From assembly GCA_026004595.1 (NCBI GenBank), contig BPJL01000009.1:1-38621 (forward strand): a stretch of DNA of 38,621 nt. Direction: 5' to 3'. The stretch is from Patescibacteria group bacterium (GTDB taxonomy: Bacteria; Patescibacteriota; WWE3; UBA101185; UBA10185). Positions 17,340 to 27,289 of this stretch are shown here, one piece after another. A model generated the notes under the pieces. That model worked only from the letters and a program-made list of their open reading frames with translations, did not search any database and was not told where the DNA came from. How positions within the stretch are numbered: position 1 is the first letter of the stretch; the number at the start of each line of letters is the position of its first letter. The translations under genes were made by a program, and so were the position numbers.

Positions 17340-19282
17340 ATGGCAATTTTCAACGCAAAAGCTCCAGCTTATAAGAAGAGACCTGAAGTAATATCAGAGT
17401 GGGCAACCTTTAGAAAGGGTCTTAACCTCATTTTGCGACCCACTGAGATTTCAAACGAGGAGATGTCGGAAGCCTACAATATTATGCTTATTGGATCTGG
17501 CGTCCCGACTGGAAGGTGGGGGACAGAAGTCTTTTTTGATACCGGCGGAACTTATGTTAATGGATTGGGTTTCTACAGAAGCAGTGATCTAACCATTGAT
17601 GATGTTTTAGCTTTATCCAATACTGGGTATTTTGGTAAAGAAAAACAACTCTTCATATACAATCATTAGTGGTAATTCTTGGCCGACTTCTACCAATATT
17701 CATACTGAACAGCTTGGGAATAGAACTTATATTGTCTCTCCTGATGTTGCTTTTACTGAATATGATGGAACTGATTTAAGCGTGTTTGCAACCATATCTC
17801 CTCCTACTGGAGTATCAGCTACCAACTTTAGTGGTGCAACAGGACCTGAAAAGAGTGTCGTATAGGATAGTTGCTATTGGACCTAATGGGGGGCAAACCA
17901 CGCCGTCTGCCAATTATGTGCTTGAAAATGTTCCTGTTGATCTTTCAAAGACGCAAATTCACGTTTTTTGGACCGCTCCGTCGGCTGCAACTTTGGGTGG
18001 ATTTGAGATTTATAGAGGAAGGGAAGGAGACGAAACATTTTCTTGCTTCAACTAGTGCTGGAGTTACTAAATATGTTGACAATGGAGAACCTGCAAGTGA
18101 ATCAATACTTGCCTCCTTTAACTAATACTACTGGTGGCGTGAAAGCAAGATGTATTGCTAAATATAAGGATAGACTTTTAGTTGTTCCTGAAGATGATCC
18201 TACTAAACTTATGATTTCTGCAAGATACCCTTATCATACCAGATTTAACGCCCTTGATGGTGGCGGATATATTTATATTGATCCCGATAGCGGAGGATCA
18301 AATCGTGGGGGTTGAGGTGCAGCCGATTGCTGATAGGATTGTTGTTTATAAGACAAAATCAAGCTACTTGGTTCAATTGGATACCGTGAGTTTTGGAAAT
18401 TATACCCTTCTTGATCCGCAATATGCTCCAATCTCAACTGCTGTTGGTTGTTCTTCGCAAGATACGATAGCAGTAGTTGAAAATGATTTGTTCTATTTTG
18501 GAAGGGACGGGATTTATGTTACTGGTTATGAACCCAATTTCTTAAACATTATTAGAACTAATGAAGTCTCGTTTAGGGTTAAGCCATATCTTGATCTTTT
18601 ATCTCAAGATGACTTTGATACTGCCTGTGCGGTGTATTTTGATAAAAAATATATTCTTTCATTCCCTCTAAGAAAGGAGATGTTGGTTTATGACCGCTCA
18701 CGGGGTTGCTTTGTTGGAATTTGGAGACTTCCTTTTGGGATAAGATATATGAAAAAATATGTTGATATTGATGGAAATGAAAAGCTCATTTTGGGAACTG
18801 ATGACGGAAAAGTTTATAACTTTAATGCTTCAATAAATTCTGATAACGGAGAGATTATTGAAAAAAGGCTTAAAACCAATAAAACATCTTTTGGGGATTG
18901 GACGACAATGAACACAGTTGGTTTCTTTTACTTCTTGTTTAGAAATATAGTTGGAACTACCAATGTTACTATTACTCTTGAGGATAGAGAAGGAATTACA
19001 TCGGCTATTAAGACTTTTACTATTACAGGAGCTGAACAGGCTGGAAAGACAGGATATGGGATTGATCCTTATGGGACGGCTGAATATGGACTTAGTAATT
19101 ATTATGATGTTTCTATCGCTTCTGATGAGATTATGAGATGGGGAACAGCCTTTAAGACTGGGAAGCTTATGCAGGTTGAAGTGTCTTCAACTGAAAGTAA
19201 TTCTAATTTTGAATTGCTTAAGATTGCAGTAACGGCTAAAAAACACTCAAGAGGAACTTTGTCTTCTTCCTTGAGGGTATAG
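17340..19282 (+). CDS. large tail structural protein (nozzle / tail-tubular-like; FN3-like segment plus beta-rich C-terminus; 5 frame breaks)
   Basis: Six consecutive ORF fragments, each shifted +1 (frames 0,1,2,0,1,2). YRIVAIGPNGGQTTPS..VFWTAPSAATLGGFEIYRG looks FN3-like. The C-terminal 340 aa are beta-rich. The call rests on position. Confidence 0.4.
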
Positions 19283-19318
19283 TTGCAAACCATTTTTGTT
19301 ATTTCTCATAATTGAGAT
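19283..19318 (+). promoter_or_regulatory. late promoter-like cassette, ends at ATG 19319
   Basis: TTGCAA(ACC) at 19283-19288, 18-nt spacer, CATAAT at 19307-19312, TGAGAT, then ATG. Confidence 0.5.
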
Positions 19319-19516
19319 ATGAGAAAAATGAAGCCAAAAGGAAAAAGAGGATTGGCAGCAGTTAAGAGGCTGGGAAGAACTTATAAGACTGGCGGATTTG
19401 CAAAGATTGCTGCTAAAGCCGCTAAAAAGTATGGTTCAAAAACTATTGGTAAAAAAGTAGCCGGGGCGATTTATCAAAAAATGGTTAGAAAATATCAAGA
19501 AAGGAGAAAAAAATAA
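19319..19516 (+). CDS. very basic 65-aa protein (Lys/Arg/Ala/Gly-rich)
   Basis: MRKMKPKGKRGLAAVKRLGRTYKTGGFAKIAAKAAKKYGSKTIGKK..RKYQERRKK. Roughly a third of residues are K or R. It sits among virion genes. Confidence 0.6.
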   Translation: MRKMKPKGKRGLAAVKRLGRTYKTGGFAKIAAKAAKKYGSKTIGKKVAGAIYQKMVRKYQERRKK

Positions 19517-19517
19517 T

Positions 19518-20711
19518 ATGGCACCATTAGTAACATCGGGAACTTGGGGAGTTTTTCCTTTCACAATTCCAGATTGGGGAGTGACAGAGTGGATAACAGA
19601 AAAAACTGGTATTGGTGCTGGCAATCCCAACTGGGTTAATCCCAATAGACCAACAACTCCTGTTTTGCAAGACAGTGGTTTGAGTCTTGATATGATGTCA
19701 TATAATCCAAATCCGACTTTGTCGTCAAATCGAAGCACTGGACAACCAACTGGACAAACAACTGGTCAACCAACAGGTCAACCGACTGGTGGTCAACCAA
19801 CAGGTCAACCGACTGGTGGTCAACCAACAGGTGGTAACCAGCCCACAGTTGACCCCCAAGAGGAGGTAAGAAGGCAGGCAGAGGCGATATACGCTCCAAT
19901 TATGAGCTACTTATCTGAAGCTGAAAACACTTTAAGGAGCAACTTTGAAAGCCAAAGATCTCTTATTGAGCAGGAGTATCAAAATGCACTTTCCAGTCTT
20001 GGTGTTCAGAAGACACAATCTTTGAGGGATTTGTCCACCCAAGAGGAACAAGCTAGACAAAGGAAAGAAGATGCCTTATCAGCCGCAAGACGGCTTTATT
20101 CAGAACTTGGTCAGGGTATTCAACAGCGTTTTGGTGGCGCTTCATCTGCAGGACAGGCAGCAAGCGAACTTCTAGGAAGAGAACAACTAAAACAACAGGG
20201 TGGAATTTGGCGGGCATTCCAGAATGCTGTAAGTCAAATCGAAAACTACAGGGCAAGACTTAACGAAAATTATGACCAAGCTATCAATGATGTCAATCTC
20301 CAGAAAGCACAAGCAATTCAACAAATACAATCTGATTATAATGCTAAATTAGCACAAATCGGAGCTTTGAGGGGGCAGACGGAGTCAGCAAAAGCAAACC
20401 TTAAGCTCCAACTGTTAAACGACCTAAAAGACAAAGTATGGCAAATAAATATAGCTTCGCTTAATTACTTGCAGCAATTAGCAGCCAATAAACAGATTTC
20501 TAATCAAATCCTAGACAGTTATACTCAAAGATTCGCACAATCAGTGCTTGGTGGCGGGACAGCTGTCCAAAATCTATTCGGAAGCACAACTGTTAATCCG
20601 TCAACTAATTTAGCTTTTGGTGGTGGTCAAGCATCAACCACACCTCTTCAGACTGGACAGATTAGCCCCACCAAGAAAAGGGAAGAAGACATATTTGATT
20701 GGGCTTTCTAA
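19518..20711 (+). CDS. internal virion / ejection protein candidate with (TGQP)n linker and Gln-rich coiled coil
   Basis: Intact 397-aa ORF with a tandem TGQPTGQ repeat and a long heptad-like Q/A/L-rich C-terminal region. The call rests on position. Confidence 0.4.
   Translation: MAPLVTSGTWGVFPFTIPDWGVTEWITEKTGIGAGNPNWVNPNRPTTPVLQDSGLSLDMMSYNPNPTLSSNRSTGQPTGQTTGQPTGQPTGGQPTGQPTGGQPTGGNQPTVDPQEEVRRQAEAIYAPIMSYLSEAENTLRSNFESQRSLIEQEYQNALSSLGVQKTQSLRDLSTQEEQARQRKEDALSAARRLYSELGQGIQQRFGGASSAGQAASELLGREQLKQQGGIWRAFQNAVSQIENYRARLNENYDQAINDVNLQKAQAIQQIQSDYNAKLAQIGALRGQTESAKANLKLQLLNDLKDKVWQINIASLNYLQQLAANKQISNQILDSYTQRFAQSVLGGGTAVQNLFGSTTVNPSTNLAFGGGQASTTPLQTGQISPTKKREEDIFDWAF
19737..19846 (+). repeat. 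in-frame tandem repeat encoding (T/G)GQPTG units
   Basis: A perfect 27-nt unit ggtcaaccaacaggtcaaccgactggt occurs at 19764-19790 and 19791-19817, with a partial third copy. It lies within degenerate 12/15-nt repeats. Confidence 0.9.
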
Positions 20712-20714
20712 TTT

Positions 20715-20750
20715 TTGAAAACCATACAATTTCTTCTCTAAAATTAAGGT
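20715..20750 (+). promoter_or_regulatory. late promoter-like cassette, ends at ATG 20751
   Basis: TTGAAA(ACC) at 20715-20720, 18-nt spacer, TAAAAT at 20739-20744, TAAGGT, then ATG. Confidence 0.5.
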
Positions 20751-21599
20751 ATGGCAAACCTCATTGATATTGCTTTAGCTAAAGTTAGAAGTGCTGCTCA
20801 ATCTTTGGGAAAAGGAGTTTCTGATTTTGCTTCTGGTGTTTATGAGGCAGTTAAAACGGCAGAAGAACCGCTTGTTCGTGGATTAGCCGCACTTGACCCT
20901 TATACAAGGAGAATGTATCAACAGGCTGATCAACAAAGGCTTCAGGCGGCACAAAACCTTATCAATTATGCGAGTAAACAGACGGATATTAAAAAGAAAA
21001 AAGACCTATTGAAACTTGCTAGTCAAATATCATCCGTTGCTCCTTCTTATGAATATGCTCAAACATTACCCCAAAATAAAGAAGTATTGACATCGGGACT
21101 GAAAACTGCGGGTATGGCTTTGTCTGGTGGTATTGGGACGGGTGGTTTTCTAGGAACTGCGGCTCTCTCAACTGGGTTGTCAGCTTTGGGAGGAAAGGAG
21201 AATGTCGGTTATCGTGCTGGTAGAAGTTTTGGCGAAGTATTGCCTTATCTTGGGGCTACAAAAATTACTACTCCGTTAATTAGCGCTGGATTAAGAAAGT
21301 TTGCTCCCAATATCCCTAGATTGGCTCAAATTGGAACACAGGGATTGGCTAATGTTGCCGAAGGAGCGGCGTTGTCTAAATCTTTTGGCCAAAGCTATAC
21401 TCCGTCTCAAGCTGCTATTGACTTGGTGATGGGTGGGTTGGCTAGACCTTTTAGTGGAAGTACAAGGATGTATTCAACGCAAAATCCTAAAATTCAAGAA
21501 TTATGGAATCATATAAATACTTTGCAAAAGAAAAAGGTTAATTTAATAGAGCAAGGGGGGGAGCAAAGTTGCAATAAGAAACATAGAAAAAGCGATTAA
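20751..21599 (+). CDS. internal virion protein candidate with Gly-rich hydrophobic segment; possibly the N-terminal part of the next ORF
   Basis: GMALSGGIGTGGFLGTAALSTGLSALGG looks membrane-active. Frame 1 is open from about 21562 into ATG 21646. Removing one G from the G7 run 21555-21561 fuses the two ORFs. Confidence 0.45.
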   Translation: MANLIDIALAKVRSAAQSLGKGVSDFASGVYEAVKTAEEPLVRGLAALDPYTRRMYQQADQQRLQAAQNLINYASKQTDIKKKKDLLKLASQISSVAPSYEYAQTLPQNKEVLTSGLKTAGMALSGGIGTGGFLGTAALSTGLSALGGKENVGYRAGRSFGEVLPYLGATKITTPLISAGLRKFAPNIPRLAQIGTQGLANVAEGAALSKSFGQSYTPSQAAIDLVMGGLARPFSGSTRMYSTQNPKIQELWNHINTLQKKKVNLIEQGGEQSCNKKHRKSD

Positions 21600-21645
21600 A
21601 AAAGCTCAAGATGAAGTTTGGAGACTTTATCAGGAAGAAAAAGCA

Positions 21646-24600
21646 ATGGGTTTTACCAGCAGTCAAACGAGCAAGGCTGCGGGTCTGCCAAAAGCAGGAA
21701 AATCGCAAACGCCAGAATTATCAACCAGTAAAGTTTCACAGACCAGTGCATCAGAACCTATTATAGTAAAAACCAAGAAACAATTAAATAAGGTATTAGA
21801 GCAAAACCCACAGGCTGAAGTGAAAATAGGTGGAGGTGGTAAGGGAGATGCTCCAGACCCCGAAGATGTAGCTAAAACCATTGAAGCAAGAATTAACAAC
21901 TTTACTAAAAGAGTTTTGGGTTATAGTCAGGAGGATATAAAACCAGAAGGAGCTGGGGTTGTTGCTAAAATAGAAGGTGGAGTATTGAAATTACAAAAAC
22001 CATATACGAAAGCAGTTATCAAACTTCAGCAAAAGGCGACAAGTGCTATAGAAAGAGGATTGGCTAGTGAAAGTGCTCCGATTAGATTAGCTTCGCAATT
22101 GATAGAAGGATTGTTTAGGGGTGCTGGTATGTCTCCTGCCAGAGCTGAAGCGTCAAGGGCTTTGGGTGGAGAAATAGCTACGGCTCAATGGAGGAATTAT
22201 AACATTGGTCAGCAGTTACTTGACCTTATAGGTATGGATAGCAAATCCCTTGAAAGAGTCAACGCCGTTTTAGACCCTGCTCTTGCCAAGCAAAAAATTA
22301 AATTTTCAGACCTTACTCCAGAGGAAAAACAGCTTTATGGTTTGATAAGAGAAGGGCTTGACCTTGTTCACGATATTAGCTACTCAAACGGATTTATCAG
22401 TAAAGAGTTGTATCTTGCTAATAAAGGGAAATACACACCACGACTTTACGAACCAAAAGAATTACCTCCAGAGGTAAATGATATGGTTAATCAAATGCTT
22501 AAGAAAATTAACCTTGATATTTTCAAAAAGAGAAAAGATATAGATGCTTGGAAAATTGAAAACTCGCTTAACAACCCCGTTTATGGGTTGGTTAAAAGAT
22601 TGACACAGGTTCAAATTAATAGTGCGGTTAAAAAATACACTGATTTTCTTGCAAGCCAGAAACATCTTATATCAGATACTCCTAGAATTGGATTTACTCA
22701 ATTATCCGATAGCCCCGCTTATGGTGCTTTAGCAGGTAAATATGTTTTAAATTCGGCGGCAGAAGACTTAAAAGGATTTTTCTTTGCTAACGAAGGGCTT
22801 AATAAACTTTATGATGTCTTTAGAATTTATGACGGATTGCCTCCAAGACAGCTTATTAAGAAACTCCTAACGGTATTTAATCCTACCACTAATGTTGGAA
22901 ACATTGTTTCTGATAATGTCTTTGGGTTTTTGGTTGGAGTCAATCCTTATACCCTAAACAAAAATATACTTCTTTTAAAACAAGACCCCAAACAGTATAA
23001 GGCTATAACAGAATACCTAATGAGAAAGGGGATAGTTGCAACCGATATAACCAGAACCGATTTTGTAAATGATTTAGCCAAGATTGACGATTTGGCGGAT
23101 ATTGGCAAGAAAACTGTTAAAACAAAAAGCATTGGAAGGAGGGTGGGTGAATTTTATGCAGGAACGGATGATGTTTACAAGGCGGCGGCTTTTAAGGCTT
23201 TGATAGATAGAGGGTTGTCTTTTGAGGAGGCTGCACAAAGAGTTTTTGACGGATTTCAGAATTATAAGAATGTAGGTAAATTTTATGATGTTTTTGCCAA
23301 GACTCCTATTATTGGAGAACCTTTTATCAAGTTTCAGGGAGACTTGATTAGGATTATTAAAAATGCGGCGGTTAACAATCCTTTAGGTTTGATTACCTTT
23401 TTGGGGACGCTTAAAATCACAGCAGACCTGTTTAGCAAGATTTCAGGAGAGACGCCAGAGGACAGAAAGACAAGAGAAGAAAGATTTGCTGCCCCTTATA
23501 TCCCCATCCTTAACATCCCTCTTACTTGGCAAACCCCAATTGGAGAAATAAATGTAGCTAGATATATTTCTCCATTCTTTGCTAATAGAGAAACAAGTAG
23601 TGTTGCATCTAAAATGTTGCCTTTTATTCCTCAAACTGGACAAAAAGATGTAGCTTCGTTTATCGCTCAAAACGCAGGAGACCCAATGACCGCACCCATT
23701 GTTCAAGCATTAGTAGATAGAGATTTTAGAGGTAAGCCGATAGCGGATAAAAACGAGACTAAATATAAACCATCAACCTTAACTCCAGAAGAAAGGATGT
23801 TAAATCGTGCAACTTTTTTGGCTCGTGGATATACCCCTCCTTTTATTAACAGCGTTATAGATGTGGTAAGAGCTTCTCAAGGAAAGGAAAATATGTATGG
23901 AGCTAAACAAACAACCGCACAGGCATTGGCAAGAATGGCGGGTGTCAAAATTCAGCAGTTTGGACCAAAAGAGGCTGAAGAGTATAGACAAAAAGAACAA
24001 GAGTTTCAGTCTTATAAGAACGAGGATATAGATAAAAGAATAAATTCTATTTACAAACAACTTCTTAAAGGAGAAATTACTCAAGAACAGGCAGACAAGA
24101 GGATTAAAGAACTTGAAAAACAAAAGGTTAGTCTTGGTGAGACAAAATCAACTGACAAAATTGTTAGATATATTGATGAAAACGACCAGTTAAAAAAGAT
24201 TGATATAGGTAAGGTTCTAGATATGCCGGCGACCACCGAAACCGAAATGGCATTAAAGATTGATAAGGCTTATAAGTTGTTAGGTCAAATTGAGGATATA
24301 CCCAAAAAAGAGGAACAAGATAAAGCCCTCCAAATGCTTGGGGTGCCAAGAGACAAGGCGGAGTATTATTGGGTAGCAAGTAAAGATACTGATGTAAAGT
24401 ATGCCTATGTAATAGACCAAATAAATAACAAAAGTGGTGAAGAAGCATTGTCAACTCTTGTTAAACTAAGACAGGAATACAACAATCGTTCTATACTAAC
24501 TAATAAGGTTATAGACCAGTTGGTTGATAATGAAGTAATATCGTCTGAACTTGGTAGTTATCTTAAAAAGATTGAATTTTCAGGTGGAAAAATCAAGGTT

Positions 24601-24759
24601 ACGGGAAGACCCAAAAAGATTTCAATCAAGAAAATCCAAACAAGCCTACCTGCCAAGATCAAGGTTCAGAAAGTTGACATAAAATCAATGTCTAAACTTT
24701 TGAAACTAAAGAAAGCAAAAAGAATAAAAATCAAGGCCAAAAAGATAGGTTATAAGTAA
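21646..24759 (+). CDS. large (1037 aa or more) internal virion / ejection-type protein candidate
   Basis: Longest intact ORF in the window, lying between tail and fibre genes. No catalytic motif recognised. Lys-rich C-terminus. Confidence 0.45.
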   Translation: MGFTSSQTSKAAGLPKAGKSQTPELSTSKVSQTSASEPIIVKTKKQLNKVLEQNPQAEVKIGGGGKGDAPDPEDVAKTIEARINNFTKRVLGYSQEDIKPEGAGVVAKIEGGVLKLQKPYTKAVIKLQQKATSAIERGLASESAPIRLASQLIEGLFRGAGMSPARAEASRALGGEIATAQWRNYNIGQQLLDLIGMDSKSLERVNAVLDPALAKQKIKFSDLTPEEKQLYGLIREGLDLVHDISYSNGFISKELYLANKGKYTPRLYEPKELPPEVNDMVNQMLKKINLDIFKKRKDIDAWKIENSLNNPVYGLVKRLTQVQINSAVKKYTDFLASQKHLISDTPRIGFTQLSDSPAYGALAGKYVLNSAAEDLKGFFFANEGLNKLYDVFRIYDGLPPRQLIKKLLTVFNPTTNVGNIVSDNVFGFLVGVNPYTLNKNILLLKQDPKQYKAITEYLMRKGIVATDITRTDFVNDLAKIDDLADIGKKTVKTKSIGRRVGEFYAGTDDVYKAAAFKALIDRGLSFEEAAQRVFDGFQNYKNVGKFYDVFAKTPIIGEPFIKFQGDLIRIIKNAAVNNPLGLITFLGTLKITADLFSKISGETPEDRKTREERFAAPYIPILNIPLTWQTPIGEINVARYISPFFANRETSSVASKMLPFIPQTGQKDVASFIAQNAGDPMTAPIVQALVDRDFRGKPIADKNETKYKPSTLTPEERMLNRATFLARGYTPPFINSVIDVVRASQGKENMYGAKQTTAQALARMAGVKIQQFGPKEAEEYRQKEQEFQSYKNEDIDKRINSIYKQLLKGEITQEQADKRIKELEKQKVSLGETKSTDKIVRYIDENDQLKKIDIGKVLDMPATTETEMALKIDKAYKLLGQIEDIPKKEEQDKALQMLGVPRDKAEYYWVASKDTDVKYAYVIDQINNKSGEEALSTLVKLRQEYNNRSILTNKVIDQLVDNEVISSELGSYLKKIEFSGGKIKVTGRPKKISIKKIQTSLPAKIKVQKVDIKSMSKLLKLKKAKRIKIKAKKIGYK

Positions 24760-24760
24760 T

Positions 24761-25042
24761 ATGCAAATCAAAGTAGAAATACCAGAAGAAAAAAAGGAGG
24801 TTAAAGAACCTGTTAAAGAGTTTGTCCCAGAAGAAGAGGATATAGCCGTTCAATCGGTGGCATCTCTGTTTGACTTTAAGCCATCTGATATTCAAAAAAA
24901 TATAGAGAAGCTGCAATTGCTGGCTGAGTATGGCAGAAAAATCGCAAAGTCTGACAGTCCTGATGAGATTAAATGGGCAATTAGAAGTTTACCTACCACC
25001 AAAGAATCCCCTGACTTTAGTCACGGGGAGTGTCAAAGTTAG
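24761..25042 (+). CDS. hypothetical acidic protein
   Basis: 93-aa ORF starting 1 nt after the previous stop. Confidence 0.5.
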   Translation: MQIKVEIPEEKKEVKEPVKEFVPEEEDIAVQSVASLFDFKPSDIQKNIEKLQLLAEYGRKIAKSDSPDEIKWAIRSLPTTKESPDFSHGECQS

Positions 25043-25043
25043 A

Positions 25044-25079
25044 TTGAAAACCCAACCTTTTTTATAACACAATTAAACT
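25044..25079 (+). promoter_or_regulatory. late promoter-like cassette, ends at ATG 25080
   Basis: TTGAAA(ACC) at 25044-25049, 18-nt spacer, CACAAT at 25068-25073, TAAACT, then ATG. Confidence 0.55.
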
Positions 25080-25959
25080 ATGGCAGAACTATATTACCCA
25101 CCAACGCAAAACGGATTACAAAAGACTTTGGTATCTCAGCTTAATGCTGGTGCTACCCAAATGACGCTTTCTAATACTACTGGCGTTCAAAATAAACCCG
25201 GTGTGGTTGTAGTTGATAGAATAGATACCACTGGGACGCAAAAAGATGTTTCTGTAAGAGAATACATTAGTTATACTGGTGTTTCTGGCAACAATTTAAC
25301 TGGTTTGACTAGAGGATTGGCTGGATCTAGCGACCAAGATCATTTGGTTGGGGCGGTTGTAGAGTTTATTCCTGATGTCACGGTTTTTCAAGCCATAAAT
25401 GATGTAATTACTACTGAGCACAACACAGACGGAACACACGACTCCACCAAAGTAGCAATGCTTGCGGGGACACAAACATTTACAGGAGATAAAACATTCA
25501 CAGGAGCGTTAAAAACAGACTCAATCAGCGAAGCTACTTCGGGAGCAAAAACCACACTTAACAACGGACTTAAAACCGATACCATTGACGAAAAGACTTC
25601 TAATACAGGTGTAACAATAGATGGACTTCTAGTCAAGGATAAGGCGATTCAACAAATGTATGACAATGGCAACATCACTGGTTCAGTTACTATTAATTGG
25701 GCTAATGGTTTGAGGCAAAAAGCAACCTTAACTGGGAATGTAACTTTAGACTTCTCAAACCCCGTAGAAGGTCAAAGCCTTAGAATTGTTCTTAATTCAG
25801 GACGGGACTGGCGGGAAGGACTATATCTCATTTACACCAACCATAACTTGGCAAGACGCCACAACACCGACTTTTACAACTACAGCCAATAAAGTAAATG
25901 TGATTTCGTTAAGGTATATTGGTTCAGCCTACTATGGAATGGGGGCTAAATTTGCCTAA
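25080..25959 (+). CDS. tail fibre protein (one frame break)
   Basis: The N-terminus ..TLSNTTGVQNKPGVVVVDRID..REYISYTGVSGNNLTGLTRGLAGSS..HLVGAVVEF matches the conserved fibre N-terminal pattern (I..Y.G.sGN.LTG..RG..Gt). It also has TxxG repeats. The C-terminus ..IQDGTGGKDYISFTPTITWQD..GMGAKFA is recovered after a +1 shift near 25795. Confidence 0.7.
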
Positions 25960-25964
25960 AAAAT

Positions 25965-26670
25965 ATGCCAGCAATTGAGCTTTATTCAACACCACTTTTT
26001 AGTGATTCATCTTTAGTCTCATATAAAAGATTTGAAAATGGAAATTCTGTAGATTCAAAAAACACTTCATATAACGGAACAGATACATCGATGGCTTATG
26101 GTTCTTCCTATGGTAGTTTTTGGTAGCGGAGCTTATTTTTCTGGAAGCAGTTATTTTGCTTTTTCCACAAGTGGGGCAATGGCAAATTTAGTCATTACAG
26201 GATTGGACAATTAGCTATATGGGCAAGGGTAACCAGTAGATACAACAAATTTACGGGTAGTAATTAGCTTTGCAGGGAACAGACTTTGGAGATTCTGGTA
26301 ATATCTTTGGCTATAATTGTGGAAATATATATTCTGGTGGAGTTGTAACACCTGGCTATGCGTCGGTTACAGCAACCATAGATGCTTAGATTGGCATTTG
26401 TACACATTTACACTTTCAGGGGGAGTTACTTTAAGTGTATATAATATGATGGAAGTTTTTGTTCAATCTGCATACAGATCTCCCGCAAATTCAACCCCAC
26501 TTGGAACAAATACTGCGTATATTGGAGCACTAAGATCCGCAGTTATTATTGATATCAAGGTTATTTAGATGACTGTAGCTATTTTCTCCCGTGCTTTAAC
26601 TGCTGACGAAATCTATAAACTTTATACTGGCAACTGGGCTAAAAACCAATTTTTCTTTAACGCCCTATGA
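25965..26670 (+). CDS. LamG / concanavalin-like lectin domain protein, heavily frame-broken (possible pseudogene)
   Basis: MPAIELYSTPLFSDSSLVSYKRFENGNSVDS.. and the terminal ..VAIFSRALTADEIYKLYTGNW, which is the typical end of Laminin_G_3-type domains. At least 5 frame breaks in 0.7 kb. Confidence 0.5.
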
Positions 26671-26941
26671 AAAACCAAGACCTATTACAAGACCTAATAG
26701 ATTTATCAAACAAATTCAATGACACCATTGTCAACATTGAAAAAACAATGGCTGTCAACAACGAGATTTTGCGTGCGATTAACGACCAGAATACAGAATG
26801 CACAAGCAGGCAATAGACACAAACACCGCCGCAACCCGTGAGATGACCAAGAGTTTCAACAAAATCTGGTATATCTTTTGGCTTGTGATTTTGGCTCTGA
26901 TAGTTTTAAGTGGAGCTGAAAAAGTTTTGAAGTTTATCTAG
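26667..26941 (+). CDS. small protein with C-terminal TM helix (holin-like or lysis-associated; one frame break)
   Basis: MKNQDLLQDLIDLSNKF.. then ..TREMTKSFNKIWYIFWLVILALIVLSGAEKVLKFI. ATGA-coupled to the previous gene. Confidence 0.4.
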
Positions 26942-26943
26942 CT

Positions 26944-27285
26944 ATGTTAGAAGAAGGATTAAGATTACTAGCACTTATAAGAACAGTAGTTTATATCTCC
27001 ATCTCCCTATCTTCAGCCCTTATTGCGTCGGCTTACTATCGGGCTTACAAAAAAGAAAAGCCCACTTGGATTATAAAAGCTGTAATGACACTGTTTCTGA
27101 CCTTATCATTTTCTTTTTCTTTTTACACAATAACCTCTATTGTCAATTTTCTTGACGGGGTTTCTGTAAGATATAGGCTTGTGGTTTCGCTTTTGACATT
27201 TATTAACATTCCTTTGTTTTTAGCGATTATAAACTTTTGGAGAGCGTCAATTTCAGGCAAAGAAACCAATGAGTTAGAGAAATAA
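26944..27285 (+). CDS. holin candidate (about 3 TM segments)
   Basis: 113-aa hydrophobic protein immediately upstream of the endolysin. Confidence 0.5.
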   Translation: MLEEGLRLLALIRTVVYISISLSSALIASAYYRAYKKEKPTWIIKAVMTLFLTLSFSFSFYTITSIVNFLDGVSVRYRLVVSLLTFINIPLFLAIINFWRASISGKETNELEK

Positions 27286-27289
27286 GTGT

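Noticed and set aside
19737-19846. CRISPR-like array.
   Set aside because: The repeats are contiguous with no spacers, in frame and coding (Thr-Gly-Gln-Pro). No other repeat-spacer architecture was seen anywhere in the window.
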